55,563 nucleotides of DNA. It comes from Halieaceae bacterium. Its GTDB lineage: Bacteria > Pseudomonadota > Gammaproteobacteria > Pseudomonadales > Halieaceae. The notes under the pieces are model-generated. The model searched no databases. It saw only the letters and a list, made by a program, of their open reading frames with translations, and was not told the DNA's origin. Below are positions 28,401 through 37,100 of the stretch, in pieces. The translations under genes and the position numbers were made by a program. Position 1 is the stretch's first letter. Every line of letters starts with the position of its first letter. The stretch lies in contig JAAENL010000539.1 in assembly GCA_024224435.1 (NCBI GenBank), positions 1-55,563 of the forward strand, read 5' to 3'.

Positions 28401-31010
28401 CTGGATACGCAGGCTCCGAGTATCAATTTCGCGCCACCTACCGATGTCATTACCAATACGATCGCGTTGTCAGGCTCAGCAAGCGACAGCGGCAGTGGTA
28501 TCGCTTCGGTTATGGTAAGTATCGATGGAGGTTTCATTTATGATCCGGCAGATGTGGATGTGAGTGGCAACTGGATCTACACCTGGACAGTTAGCCCTGA
28601 TAACGATTACGCCACCTTCCCACTACGCATTCGCGCAGAAGATACAGCAAGAAACGTGACGGTACAGAGTTCTACTGCCGTTGTGGATAATGAAGGGCCC
28701 AGTTTCATCAACCTCTTAACAGCATCTCCTCAGGTCGGCAGCCATGTCCTTGCACCGAGTACCGTTGAGTTAACCTGGGCGCCACCCAGCGATGGTAGCG
28801 GAGTGGTAGAGGTGCTGGTTGCAGTGGATCAAATGACATTTACCATCCCCACAGGCGATCAAACGGCATCCGGCAATAGTTACAGCGCTCAACTGCCGAC
28901 CGCTGGTACCTGGTATATCCACCTTATGACGCAGGATGACTCCGGCAATATCAATCTCGAGCGCTATGGCCCCTGGTATGCAGGTAGCGAGGGCGTTCTG
29001 GCGACAAGGGGCCTGTCAGAGCAGGCCTGGCGCAAGTCGATCATTATCGACGCCAATATCAATGTCGCCAAAGGTGAATGGAATCCGGAGACAGAGCTGC
29101 TCGGTTCCGACCCAAGACCCAATAGGACGTATAGCCTGTACGCCAGCTGGGATGCAGACTATCTGTACCTGGGCTGGCGAGGGCCGTTGTGGGGTCCGCA
29201 TGGCATCGGCTATATCCACTTCGACACGCAGGCTGGCGGCTCTCTCACAACTTATAAGAACGACAACCTGACACTACCGTTTGGAGCGGATTACGTCTTT
29301 GTCTCATCACCAGATGTCCACGATCTCCTGCGTTATGTCGGTGGCGGTGTCTGGGAGCAGGTACAAGATCCCGGCTTCCTCGACGCACATGGCGCCAATG
29401 GTGATACCGAGATACGGCTCTCACGCTCAGCCATCAATGCCAACAGCGCAGTTCAATTTGTCGCCTCGGTAATGGATGATGACGGCACCGTTCACAGCGT
29501 CTTACCCACAGATAATGCTATCGTCGGACCCAATGGAAAGTGCTGCAAGTCTGGTCACACGAGTCAGCCTTTCCCAAATACCTGGGCATCGGCATATAGT
29601 TGGCCGGCGCTGGCGCAAGGGATTGCCCCGAATGCGGGTCAGCCAAGCGCCCATCATGCAACGGTGCGAATCTACAGTCCGGATACGAATGGCCGCCCCC
29701 TTGGTCCCAATAGCCCGGTTCGCTACGTGTTCTTCGTGACCAACGAAGATCGAAAGCCTCTGGAAAAGGCAACGCTTGTCTTCTCAGGCAGCGAGGGCAT
29801 TCAGTTTAAGAGTCTGGCCGGATGGCCATTTGCACAGACGCAACCACAAGCTGATCGCTGGTTTATCGAACTGAGCAACGTGGCTCCAGGGGCACAGAGT
29901 CCCATCACCATCACCGCCAACCTGGCTGAAGACTTGGGGCACTCTGAGTCGGTTACCGTAACAGCAGAGATCTTCGCGGACATCAGCCCCAGTGAACCTG
30001 ATCTATCACACCAGAGTTTCAGCCATGTCGTCGATATCCATCTGCCCCTTGTGCGTTTCGATCTGCCAAGCTCGGGCGCCACGCTGGCAACAGGTCTGCA
30101 ACGGATAAGTGGTTCTGCCTCTGATATTGGCGGCGCCGGCGTCGCCCGCACTGAAATTCAAGTAGACAATGGCCCCTGGATTGAAGCCGAAGGTGCCAAA
30201 GGTTGGCAGGCCGATATCGAAGTCCCTGCGGAAGGAACCTTCACCTTATCAGCTCGGGCGTTTGACAACCACAGTCACGGTAGCGAGATCGTCTCGATTC
30301 CGGTCACTGTCGATAACGTTGGCCCTGTGTCTGGTTTCGATCTAGACACGGACATTCTGGCAGGCAGTCGCGTCCGTTTGAACGGCCAGACCCAGGATCA
30401 GTTCCCCGCTGGGGCAGAGGTGCAACAGGTAGAAGTGCAAATCGATGGCGGACCATGGTATGCGGCTGTTATTTCCGGCCCGCCGACGTCAAACGGTACG
30501 GTGCGCTGGAGCTTCAACTGGCGTCTGCCGGCTGAAGAAGGAGTACAACATGCCTTGCGCGTCAGGGCAATCGATGTGGCCGGCAATGTAGGACCGGCTT
30601 CTGAGGCAGTTTTGCTCACGGTTGACAGCCTCGCGCCCACCTCCAGCATCCAAGAGCCGACCCACGGTGCTGTGTTCACTGGCGATAAAATCCTTGTTTG
30701 GGGCTTTGCCCAAGATGGTTGGGGACTGGCACAGGTCGAGGTACGCCTGGCAGCCAACCGACCCTGGCAACCCGCTCTGCTCGGGGACGAAGCGCGAAGC
30801 CTATTGCAAAGCAAGGGTGTCGTAGTACCGCCACCTGAAGATCTGCCTGCCGGCGCCACGGTATGGGCTGCCCACTTCTCGGTTCATGATGCTGAACTTG
30901 CCATTCGCAGCAGAGCCACCGATTTGGCAGGCAATGTCGAACCCCTAACCCCACCCCTGCGCGTACATCAGGCTCCCATCCGTATCTTGCTACCTCTGAT
31001 CTTGCAATAA
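16437..31010 (+). CDS. Giant multidomain surface/secreted protein GP2 (4857 aa)
   Basis: Uninterrupted 14.6-kb ORF with a strong RBS and signal peptide MYHTRRFLLIIISVMVTLAITGGLVLA. Approximate modules: LppX/LolA-like 16590-17235; TM pair with RRRR 17382-17552; Ca repeats 17724-18050 and 20950-21345; variable segment 19490-19985; hydrophobic helices 19987-20300; FG-GAP 22620-23820; VCBS-like GDFDGDG repeats 24030-25000; three beta-helices 25005-27470; CBM9/DOMON-like 29040-29650; Ig repeats; ends RILLPLILQ. Confidence 0.92.
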   Translation: MYHTRRFLLIIISVMVTLAITGGLVLALDTTDESKPKDALIQAFERARDQGSYHVVADIEQTLVPLATLSNLGKRDETSSMRLLGDVVQLTQIDGSQVTSARMQFYARQDQSPVELLLSDNEAFVGYKGRWKKVDDPLGGVAPGGDYMGYLVAAKDVTEIESVRTAEGDFRRFAFTLDSEAYAAYQLERVQKSMAGRLPHGIELQANPTILGMSGQGEVWLDSRGLPRRQVIDLNIPRVTHSYDAQVGMIVDFSRFGDPAPALDMPQPIGPDGAWSLPESSLQQSSDSANAADTPPLVVASLEPLERTLAPLASTVIPGLIALPLLILALLLIRRRRTLYAGVVSTLIVMMVIQPLLQAGQYAIFAGSRAEASSFAQALQDIDALPSPVQNELAIDRQTAAMLSGQSVSATGQPDCQSLYVDAGSQPSGDEDGDGLSNQIEWCLGTDYADVDTDGDTLTDTVELIGFNYGGHNWTADPLEIDSNLDGMTDGEEWEPALTDSSFTGDDTFTDKDEDGIPNLWDEDNDNDGVPDGLDNSPYRVMPYRPSFDVNVTGHSPDTIVYVDVQVQPENEAHLRYSLTSLDWPEDAIGQIQDLDSSVDDLILIPVLSINSTISPTLASQYEILASHVNAEDISQGFSLWVPLQPVVESGSIYAFSARLAFSSDEADAGIDLTEGRILWMVKATLDSCLSGDASSCDSVTSEDSVIANYYDGQIRVSGLQVSESKDVQVGLFGTTAPRITTDDNVDDEQKVMFTLISAGLAGTYLNYENPDLNQIDANFSDSSAQAPFTDTWGIDPAIMKVQVDGYDHRDEALATTTQTNTVTLLDGLYIDLHGVSCTINTTGQYTPTIATAYQETSGSLDLSSPLLTITNGDPAVTSASPVAFSIPLGDATIYKWRQVQLGSYGCNIDDSGNASWNELNEAAALIDLNNRYPDQAQATWYYMVQQIFLIYSGGRSSMFSVNGAPTDPNAVDAPGDAMSWFIDNETVNMPDYVRKVYSLDGLYTNVNARGILSGMRDWADDMAMVMGAGSAAQVTNAANLRFILNTFYGLGRMVKATIVYFKGGASLTNQALSGQLTGSFANDQLGLMNDMSEYSYVDDLSSTSSSTFLDEVDDLSVLEFGDDIPDGLSLRSNTTIQSESEFFSSMDDSIPYFDDVMDNVPVGTGQSATAETAASQSSSISKRALAVAIIMTAVFITVTWVMYSAQAKSLQGMQKDYALAQAIAATILLVLQLIISLILIVFASSGVGTLIELAIFLIVYIIVSAITGNWNPLQTYNYLTKWLADALIDFKLLSDIPKDGVSTGDLNFTMDQFSTTTNGPLPKAWYQITTTINTRLSGDDSSSWAYVRWQQPDSSPWYLNNYSASNSPTNTFEKDISAGQENCSDISGDERTCMTETRLQFQPTAAGRNTAIPFASTFEANLQYKKCWLGDTGKFVSGGNSCSKDHQYAYSNDPATAIDLATQYFYLDVLPASLDELFNWDAYEPPTSTVDTGDDSRYPDFNLDIDNDGLTASSESSLGTDDTLWDSDGDGLSDGFEYVNSGYGVDPTMADSDSDGLDDKDEYLYGTLPGLADTDGDGLSDGEEICRIDESGAPVGGWKAFQVGGYQICSDPLKGDADGDGLIDSLEMEAGLSPYAPDTAPRLVLSPMPSVLANFGLVSVLRAGDPMSVTLRLFNSTANTIDQPITLYYETADIEALTVLKQSGSLGYTPPLPNPVAGGLEWDTANNPLDAAESLTSTLESAVFSDITTSQVTEMQATALYTDVATNQLKTVTDTITVLIDEDAPSSIVTVPGNGSAINGNAFAVGGVASDPTSWPSIVNVRATGSGYDSGWQTSEGANSWVWTWTPLPDDGVYTIQSQTIDYVNNTESPGAGVSVIVDNTAPGAGFTNLTDGQALSRIRGNRVAVQGNATDLLSGAAQVAGLQTIQLSIDGRPWVNVENYPSTHPATATWNFNWTVDASSYGQHTLAIRAIDALGQVGDATEIDVIIDTLEPTDMWSNYQANLVAGQAFELLGHADDEGNVPLPARPYELESFMDSVISATVLLMPESYTDTQGMTVDWLGDVNGDARADFAVGMPAQNIDGQVAAGRVAVVYGSPGGWPIPSDAVALAETTASFVGSFAGVQLGQVLTPAGDANGDGLSDFLIGDPVNVQAYLVYGQATGLAKDFDLADLAQSGNGTKGKIFSARQGQVGNWISSAGDVNGDGFDEILVGVTALGNGNGAVYLVQGRTATSTSGTQFVDTLSGASAVSIEYFQLDNNGAVATGVGDINADGYYDFVIADPNNSFGAGQAAVYLFLGPVNWRKSSETGALNPLNSANASFVGDVGAAVGSEVVALGDVNGDGLPDFAYSSGNAPRVVYGRSSGWSMGMSADVSFDGYSPPPNSFIAAPGDVNVDGINDILLGATGGGSRAYLVHGSADLATNQPVQAQISGVSSAASAPYAAGADLNCDLSSDLLLVPTGEYTVQAASGSALSLRAGAVAMDQHGRWIGPAPRPRGLGELPARSSLAGAATQQMLSATGLQSPAGDDALTTSALAFRLYDNNIGDWVTDAAITGDWDGDGLSDVAGWTGSAWRTWRANGLNANAVQFTEYTNNMTLSEKVGATILQGDFDGDGLDDLAAWDGSAWQFERATGASDGNFSFAAIPSDLGALSGGDSNKMFVGDFDGDGKTDVAGWDGSVWATYISSGNSSAFNFTTVSNNLGSLVSGDAGSLISGDFDGDGMSDIASRNSDDSNWVVWISGGVSAGTLSFQQVTDNSLGYAMNSTVSRAAADFSGDGKTDVLALLDTDFFAWLSQASPGSGAVPFLQIHANAKQFSGSFVDDTLIGDFDGDGKADYASLNVTGDGWRFQLAGLATVRYVDDDYCPACANDGHSWDINAFDNLQSALDIAWFGDSIEVAAGVYSSAVIHAGQDYLTLRGSDPDAVFLDAQGGAGITILPTDEVSNTYPNIEGVTIQNLTIRNALTGIKLNYGGQVTADPAVNDARNVVIKHVLFDQDIAGSTAIDAFLSALWLRHNTLVSNASGVTLVNNNSGPLTQNFIFLQDNLFVALPNAAPLPFWWNDSSSQIPAITLSNGFASQNGADGDWQSSPTGTQMTVQDAKFLNSVDGLFRLKSGSAAIAQASNGKDQGYYTYRAPVYVDATYCENCENDGRSWGVDAFNSIQGGIASGAQSVLIEPGEYRERISLVNGVKVFGSGAGLTILAPPDDMGGYLVGVENARETALALITLAGEDKVNGITVDSEGDVSLKRLIVRNMGTAVNISGSTAQATLINDTIVSNENGVVASSCGNVDIRNSILAFQQQVGLSYETNGCPSTQTLLHNFNAYWRNSNDFEIDGTAVDQPGSGEIFADPRFRDVSKSDYRPLGDSPVVDAGDPSDPAPPGSGVRVDLGYAQAAEASVYASKSYCEQCLNDGLEWQVTAFDTIQDAVDNIPDLAGMWTVGVDGGEIGAMVYDENVVLKSGVRLVGNGAETTIIDANNSGSALTLNGVTNVEILGFTITDGGQDFNDAGILVSAASNRITITKNIIGGLSPLSGVPGNGNVGVLFQSGSSGQMTFNTIAQNFNQGVVVADPDTWLHARYNIIAQNDVGFDDTGGGQIFNSYNLVYNSDSSWCATCVDYVGSVSSGLGEINQVPLFTDSDNGNFKLTTSSPAVDAIPKGEYAAVAIGGGAKADMGYRELLAVPATLLLGKQGDSCGLGSAGISSVQVGLVHVTDATQSPDSTVPATWQGAALSSAGQPGSYWTTTITPDQGDGLYRLYSKPSDGVNNTPNLAMDWFRSEFIADGAAPTVNLIEPADGTATSAPAITLSMDVSDWVPTGFTGESIYNVAGVYFDVDGNVITATQSSTIPSTGGAQRYERQIALENGTHTIIAYASDQAGNIGQSSLAQMTVVTTQNEAALTNPAPDSAVASASVNLEGFVHYQDTSGDGQVEILVDGVSQGMAALSDTSAQDGSWSKAVTLAGDGSHTITMRASRTAGMTAANDTVSTIVLDTQAPSINFAPPTDVITNTIALSGSASDSGSGIASVMVSIDGGFIYDPADVDVSGNWIYTWTVSPDNDYATFPLRIRAEDTARNVTVQSSTAVVDNEGPSFINLLTASPQVGSHVLAPSTVELTWAPPSDGSGVVEVLVAVDQMTFTIPTGDQTASGNSYSAQLPTAGTWYIHLMTQDDSGNINLERYGPWYAGSEGVLATRGLSEQAWRKSIIIDANINVAKGEWNPETELLGSDPRPNRTYSLYASWDADYLYLGWRGPLWGPHGIGYIHFDTQAGGSLTTYKNDNLTLPFGADYVFVSSPDVHDLLRYVGGGVWEQVQDPGFLDAHGANGDTEIRLSRSAINANSAVQFVASVMDDDGTVHSVLPTDNAIVGPNGKCCKSGHTSQPFPNTWASAYSWPALAQGIAPNAGQPSAHHATVRIYSPDTNGRPLGPNSPVRYVFFVTNEDRKPLEKATLVFSGSEGIQFKSLAGWPFAQTQPQADRWFIELSNVAPGAQSPITITANLAEDLGHSESVTVTAEIFADISPSEPDLSHQSFSHVVDIHLPLVRFDLPSSGATLATGLQRISGSASDIGGAGVARTEIQVDNGPWIEAEGAKGWQADIEVPAEGTFTLSARAFDNHSHGSEIVSIPVTVDNVGPVSGFDLDTDILAGSRVRLNGQTQDQFPAGAEVQQVEVQIDGGPWYAAVISGPPTSNGTVRWSFNWRLPAEEGVQHALRVRAIDVAGNVGPASEAVLLTVDSLAPTSSIQEPTHGAVFTGDKILVWGFAQDGWGLAQVEVRLAANRPWQPALLGDEARSLLQSKGVVVPPPEDLPAGATVWAAHFSVHDAELAIRSRATDLAGNVEPLTPPLRVHQAPIRILLPLILQ
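30930..31010 (+). repeat. 81-bp near-identical copy shared with the 3' end of GP3 (45394-45474)
   Basis: Direct comparison gives 79/81 identity including synonymous positions. The two differences are one C/T and one A/G. Confidence 0.92.
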
Positions 31011-31113
31011 GGCATGAGTGTTCATATTATTCAGCCCCAGAGAGTTTGGCGACTAATCCGCAATCTACACTTCGCAATCCGACATGATCATCCCCAATAA
31101 AAAGGACAGTATT

Positions 31114-34100
31114 ATGAACTATACACGCCGCATCAGCTTATTCACCTTGGCACTGGTCATGACCGTGCTGTTTGCCGGTGGCCTGGTCCTGGCCCTCAGT
31201 GGCTATGCCGAGCCTGCTTCTTCTGATCCGATCTCGTCTGCCCTGGCACAAGCGCGCCAGACCGGCAGCTATCACATCGTCGCCGATATCGAACAGACGC
31301 TGATACCGCAGGCGGCCATCAGCACGGTCGGACGGGGAGAGGAGCAACAGTCGCTACGCATCCTGGGGGATGTGGCCCAACGCCGGGGACCGACAGGCGC
31401 TGACGAGCCCTACGCCCGTCTTCAATTCTATGCCGGCAAAGATCAAGAGCCGGTATCGTTGCAGGTAAAAGGCGCCGAGGTCTATGTCGGCTATCAGGGC
31501 CGCTGGAAAGAGGTTGACGATCCCCTGGGGGGGACGATGCCAGGAGGCGACCCGCTGGCTTATCTAACAGCAGTGGAGAATGTGGAAGAACTGGATCCGG
31601 TGAAGACAGCGGAGGGGACATATAGGCGTTACGGATATCACTTGGACGGCAAGGTATATGCCGAACAGCAGCGACAGCGAATGCAGGCACTATTGGCGGG
31701 TCGGCTGCCAAGCGGTGTGGAGTTGGCGGTAAATCCGCTGCATGAGCGCATGAGCGGCGAGGGTGAACTGTGGGTGGATGAACGAGGTCTGCCGCGGCGA
31801 CAGGTGTTGGCAATCAACCTGCCCGAAGTACAGGAGGATTACGATGCCATTGTGCACATGCAGGTGGATTACTCGCGCTACGGCGAGCGGGCGCCGATGG
31901 CGGAATTCAACGAATCAGCGAGTGAGCCAGGCACATTGGTGGAGCAGGTGTCCTCAGTCGAGACAGGAGGCGGCGAGGGCGAGGCGGGACAGACGCCTTC
32001 GATCTCTGCCGAGAAAGCCGGCTTCACCATGCAAGAATTGACAGAGCCGCTGATACCAGCACTCCTTGCTCTGCCTTTGCTGTTGTTGGCGATATCACTG
32101 GTGCGACGGCGGCGGCGGATGTACGCCTCGGTGGTGGTGGCGATGATCGTGATGATGGTGCTGCAACCTCTGCTGCAAGTGGGGCAGTTCACATTGTTCC
32201 ACCAGGCAAGGGCCGAGGCCTCCTCCTTCGAGCAAGCTCTGCAAGATCTGGGCGCCGCTCCTACACGTATGGCGCAGAGGGATGTCGCACAGCAAGCACC
32301 CTCAGAGCTGGCGAGAACGGGCGTTGAAGCCACAGCCCTGACCGATTGCAGGGTGCTTTATGTGAAGGAAGGGGTCGATCCTCAGGGCGACGACGACGGC
32401 GATGGTTTATTCAACGAAGTTGAATGGTGTTTGGGCACGGACTATGCGGAGGTGGATAGCGACAGTGATGGGATCACCGATACGGTGGAGTTGCAAGGTT
32501 TCACCGATGAGAATGGTAAGCAGTGGTGGTCGGACCCCCTGCTGCCGGACAGTAACAATGACGGAATGGGAGATGGCGAAGAGTGGTCTCCCTTCCTCAC
32601 CTCTGATGTGTACACGGGCACGGATGGCTTCACGGACAAGGATAGTGATGGCGTCCCCAACCTGTGGGATGATGACAATGACGATGATGGCGTGCCCGAT
32701 GCCCAGGATATCTCACCCTTCCAGGTGCTCGCCTACCGGCCCAGCTTTGAGGTGAATGTGAGTGGACATGCCACCGACACGGTGGTGTATGTGGACGTGG
32801 CCGTGCAGCCGCAAGAACAGGCACATCTGCGCTACACCCTCACCAGTTTGGACTGGCCCGATGACAGCTTGGGACAGATGCAGGACCGTGACAGCTCCAG
32901 CGATGACATCACCCTGGTACCCGTATTGGAGCTGAAGAGTACACAGCCCCCCAGTCTGGCGGGGGAGTACAACATCCTTTCAGTACCCATAAATCCTGAC
33001 GATGTCAGCCAGGGCTACGACCTATGGGTGCCATTACAGCCGGTGACCGATGGGGGGGCGGTCTATGCATTTGGTGGCCGCATCGCCTTCAGTGCGGGTG
33101 AAGCGGATGCAGGCATCCAGCTTACGGAAGGGCGGGTATTGTGGCTGGCGAATGCGGTGCTGGACAGCTGTGTGACCGATGACAGTGAGGCTTGCGCAGT
33201 GACCAGCGAGGATTCGATGGTTGCATCCTACTATGAGGACCAGTTCCGGGTCACCGGTCTGAATGTACTAGAGACGAAAGATGTGCAGGTGGGGCTGTTT
33301 GGCGCCACGGCGCCGGCGGTGAGCGCGGATCAGGCGGTGGATGATGAACTGAAGGTGATCATGCAGTTGATGACCGCGGGCCTGGCAGGTTCCTACCTGA
33401 TGTTCCAGAATCCCGACCTGACCCAGATCGAGGCGAACTTCGCCGATCCTTCGGCTCAGACGCCCTACACGGATACCTGGGGCATCGATCCGGCCAGCAT
33501 GGTGGTACAGGTGGACAATTTCGAACATCGCGACCAGGCCCTGGCCACGACGACGCAGACCAATACCGTGGCATTACTGGATCGGCTGGCGAATGAGGTC
33601 CAGGGTGTGGCCTGTTCGCTCAGTAGCACCGGCTTCTACACGCCCACCCTGGGCACAGCCTACGAGGAGACGATGGGCTCTGTGGATTTGAGCAGTCTGT
33701 TGATGGACGTCAGCAATGGCAACCCGGCTGTCATTTCCGGCGCGCCGGTGGTGTTTAGCATTGCCCTTGGCGACGCCGTCACCTACGTTCGCCGCCAGGC
33801 GCAGATGGGCAGTTATGCCTGTGCAACGGACGATACGGGTGTTGCAGGGTGGCGTGCCCTGTCCAATAACGAAGCCATGAACGAGATGAGCAGTCGCTAT
33901 AGCACAGAGGATGGTCTGACTGCTTCTGTTCAGCTTTTATTCGCCGGCTTTTATGCGGGCATGAGCAATATCATCAGCTTTAACGGTGTGCTAGTGGACG
34001 GCGTACAAGAGTCAACTGACAGCAGTGATTTCGACTATCTAAACGCTGTTACTGCCAGCACCATGCCCGAGTATGTGCGCCAGATCTATCAGCTTGATGC

Positions 34101-37100
34101 ACTGGAGAGCTCGCTTGATACCAGCGATTTTTCGAAAGCTCTGCGCGACTGGCAGCTGTCTTTTCGTTCTGTTCAACAGGCTAATTACGCGATGGACGCC
34201 TGGTTAGCTCAAATATCTATTGTTGTCGCAACAAATCTGATCCAGAGATATCAATTATCTACTTGGCTTAGCGCTCGTAATTCAGTAGTTGAGGACCTCA
34301 TCAATAGAGCCATCGAAGAATATGGTATTAGTAATGGCTTTAGGCTTCAAAGATCAGGCGCCGCTGATTGGTTTATTGATGGAGATAGGTATAGTCAACA
34401 ATTTAATTTGGTCAACGAAGAGTCCGGTAAGGAACTTGATGATAATATATACAGGGGCTTTAGCGATAATTTTGAGGGGAGTCTAACGGTTGAGGCACGC
34501 AAAAGTCAGGTATTCTACACCAAACTTGCTGCATATTTTGTTGCCACGGCGATAACAGCTGTTTTCGTTGGCATCGATTACGCCATGTATAGACAAAGCG
34601 CCAAGAGCCTTGACGGCATACAGGCGGACGCGGCTGAAGCGCAATTCTTTGCTTCGACCATCATTCAGGTGACTCAACTGATATTCAGCTTGATACTCAT
34701 CTGGGTATTTAATTCATCAGCCGTGGGAGTAGCCCTGGAATTCGCCATCTTCCTCATCGTGTACATTGTGGTTGGCGCCATCACCGGGAATTGGAGTCCT
34801 TTGAAAACATACAATTTCTTAATCACGTGGCTGGGCGAAGCGATCCTGAACCTGAAGCTATTGGCCAAGGTGCCCAAGGATGGGGTGAATGCGGGCAACA
34901 TCAACTTCACGCTCGACATATCGAATACGCGTACGAGCGGGCCCCTGCCGGATGGCTGGTATACCATCGCCACCGAGATGACCACCACGCTAGCAGGTAA
35001 GAAGGTGGGTAATAGCTGGGCGTATGTGCGCTGGGATGAGGTGGAGCAACCCTTTTATCTGCAACGCTACAATACAGTGAACGCACCTGAGTTGATCGGG
35101 TCCAAGGGCAGCGGAGGAATAGATAACTGTAGTGAGGTCGATAGTGAAGGGCAGAGGCAGTGTTATGTCAGTGCGAAACTGCAGTTTCAGCCGGCGGAGG
35201 CCGGGCGCAATACGGCCATACCCTTCATAAATAGCATGGAGGCAAAGCTGCGCTACAAGGACAACTTCGGCTCAGGTCTGCAATATGTGTACAGTGAGGA
35301 TGAGAGCCTGGGCTTGGAGTCGGAGACCGCCTACTTCTACATCGACATCCTGCCCAGGAGCCTGGCCGAGCTGGTAAGCTGGGATGCCTACCAACCGGTG
35401 ACCGCCACCTCCGGAGCGGAGAGTTATGCTGATTTCAATGTGGATAAGGATAGCGATGGTTTGACGAGTTCGGAAGAGGATGCGATAGGTACCAGCGATA
35501 ACGACTGGGACTACGACGACGATGGTCTCAGCGATGGCTGGGAAGAGAAGAACAGCCTGCGAGGTGTGAATGTGCTGCTAGCTGATGGCGATGGCGATGG
35601 CCTGGGAGATAGAGAGGAGATATTGCTGGGTACCGCGCCCGATATCGCGGACACCGATTCAGATGGCCTGCTCGATGGGGAGGAAGTCTGCCGGTACGAT
35701 GCCGCCAGCGGAAACCTGGTGGGAGGATGGGAGGTGAGTAGTGTGGGCGGCTATTGGGTCTGTTCCGACCCGAAAAAGGCGGATTATGATGACGATGGCA
35801 TCCTGGATGGCGAGGAGCGCGAGGCGGGGCTGAGCCCCTATGCCCCAAACACAGCGCCCTACCTGCGCTTGCTGGCGGATCCGGCTGTGTTCTACAACGG
35901 TAACGTGCAGACGGTGCTGGCTGCAGGCGCGCCGGTGACGATTTCCCTCCGCCTCGACAACCGTTCTGCCGCCTCGGTGAACCAGCCTTTGCAGCTGGTA
36001 TACGATGCCAGCATCCTGACCAATGGGCAGGTGTTCAGCCAGAGCGGTTCGGGTGGTTATGTGCCGCCATCGCCCACGCAGACGGATGGCGGGCTCAACT
36101 GGGACATGGCCGCCGCACCATTGTACACGGGCGAGCGTATGAGCTCTACACTTCTACTGGAGGCAAGCAGTGGTTTGGCAGGTTCGCAGCTGGCGGAACT
36201 GGTGGCGAGTGTGCAGTATTCCGATGTGTTGTCGTCGGCGCTGGCGCAGGTCACGCAGACGGTGAGTGTATTAGTGGATGGGGAAGTGCCCACTTCGCAG
36301 ATCATATCGCCGGCAGATGGAGAGGCGATCAATGGCAACGTCTACGTAGTAGGGGGCAGTGCCACGGATGTGACGAGCTGGCCGGTCGGGGTGGCCGTGA
36401 AGGCCAATGGCGATGGCTACGACAGTGGCTGGCAGGCGGCGACAAGCGAAACGAATGTATTCGCTACCTGGGCCTGGCAATGGACGCCCTTGCCCGCAGA
36501 TGGCTTATATACTTTACAGAGCCGTGCCAGCGACTATGTGGGCAACGTAGAAAACCCGATTACAAGCACGACTGTGATTGTGGACAACACCGCACCCGGA
36601 GCGTCCTTTAACAATCTTACAGATGGCGAAGCACTGACCATCAACAGCAATCAAGTCACCGTACAGGGTTCTGCCACTGACCTGCTATCAGGCGTTGCGG
36701 ATGTGGCAGGGCTGCAATTGGTACAACTCAGCATCGACGGACGGCCCTGGGTGAATGTGTGGCAGCAATTCAATGCCCCCCACCCGGTGACTGCAACCTG
36801 GAGCTCCAGCTGGTCGGTATCGGACGACGCCTATGGCTCTCATTCGCTGTCTGTACGGGCGGTGGATGCCCTGAACCAAATCGGCGATGCCAGCAGGATC
36901 GAGGTGATCGTCGATACGTTAGAACCGACTGATATGTGGTCGAACTACCAACCCTCTCTCCCCGCAGGCCAGCCCTTTGAATTGCTGGGCCATGCGGACG
37001 ACGAGGGCAACGTGCCCCTGCCGGCCCGGCCGCATAAGTTGGAGAACGTGATGGACTCGGTGATATCGGCGACAGTGATGCTGATGCCCGAGAGCTACAC

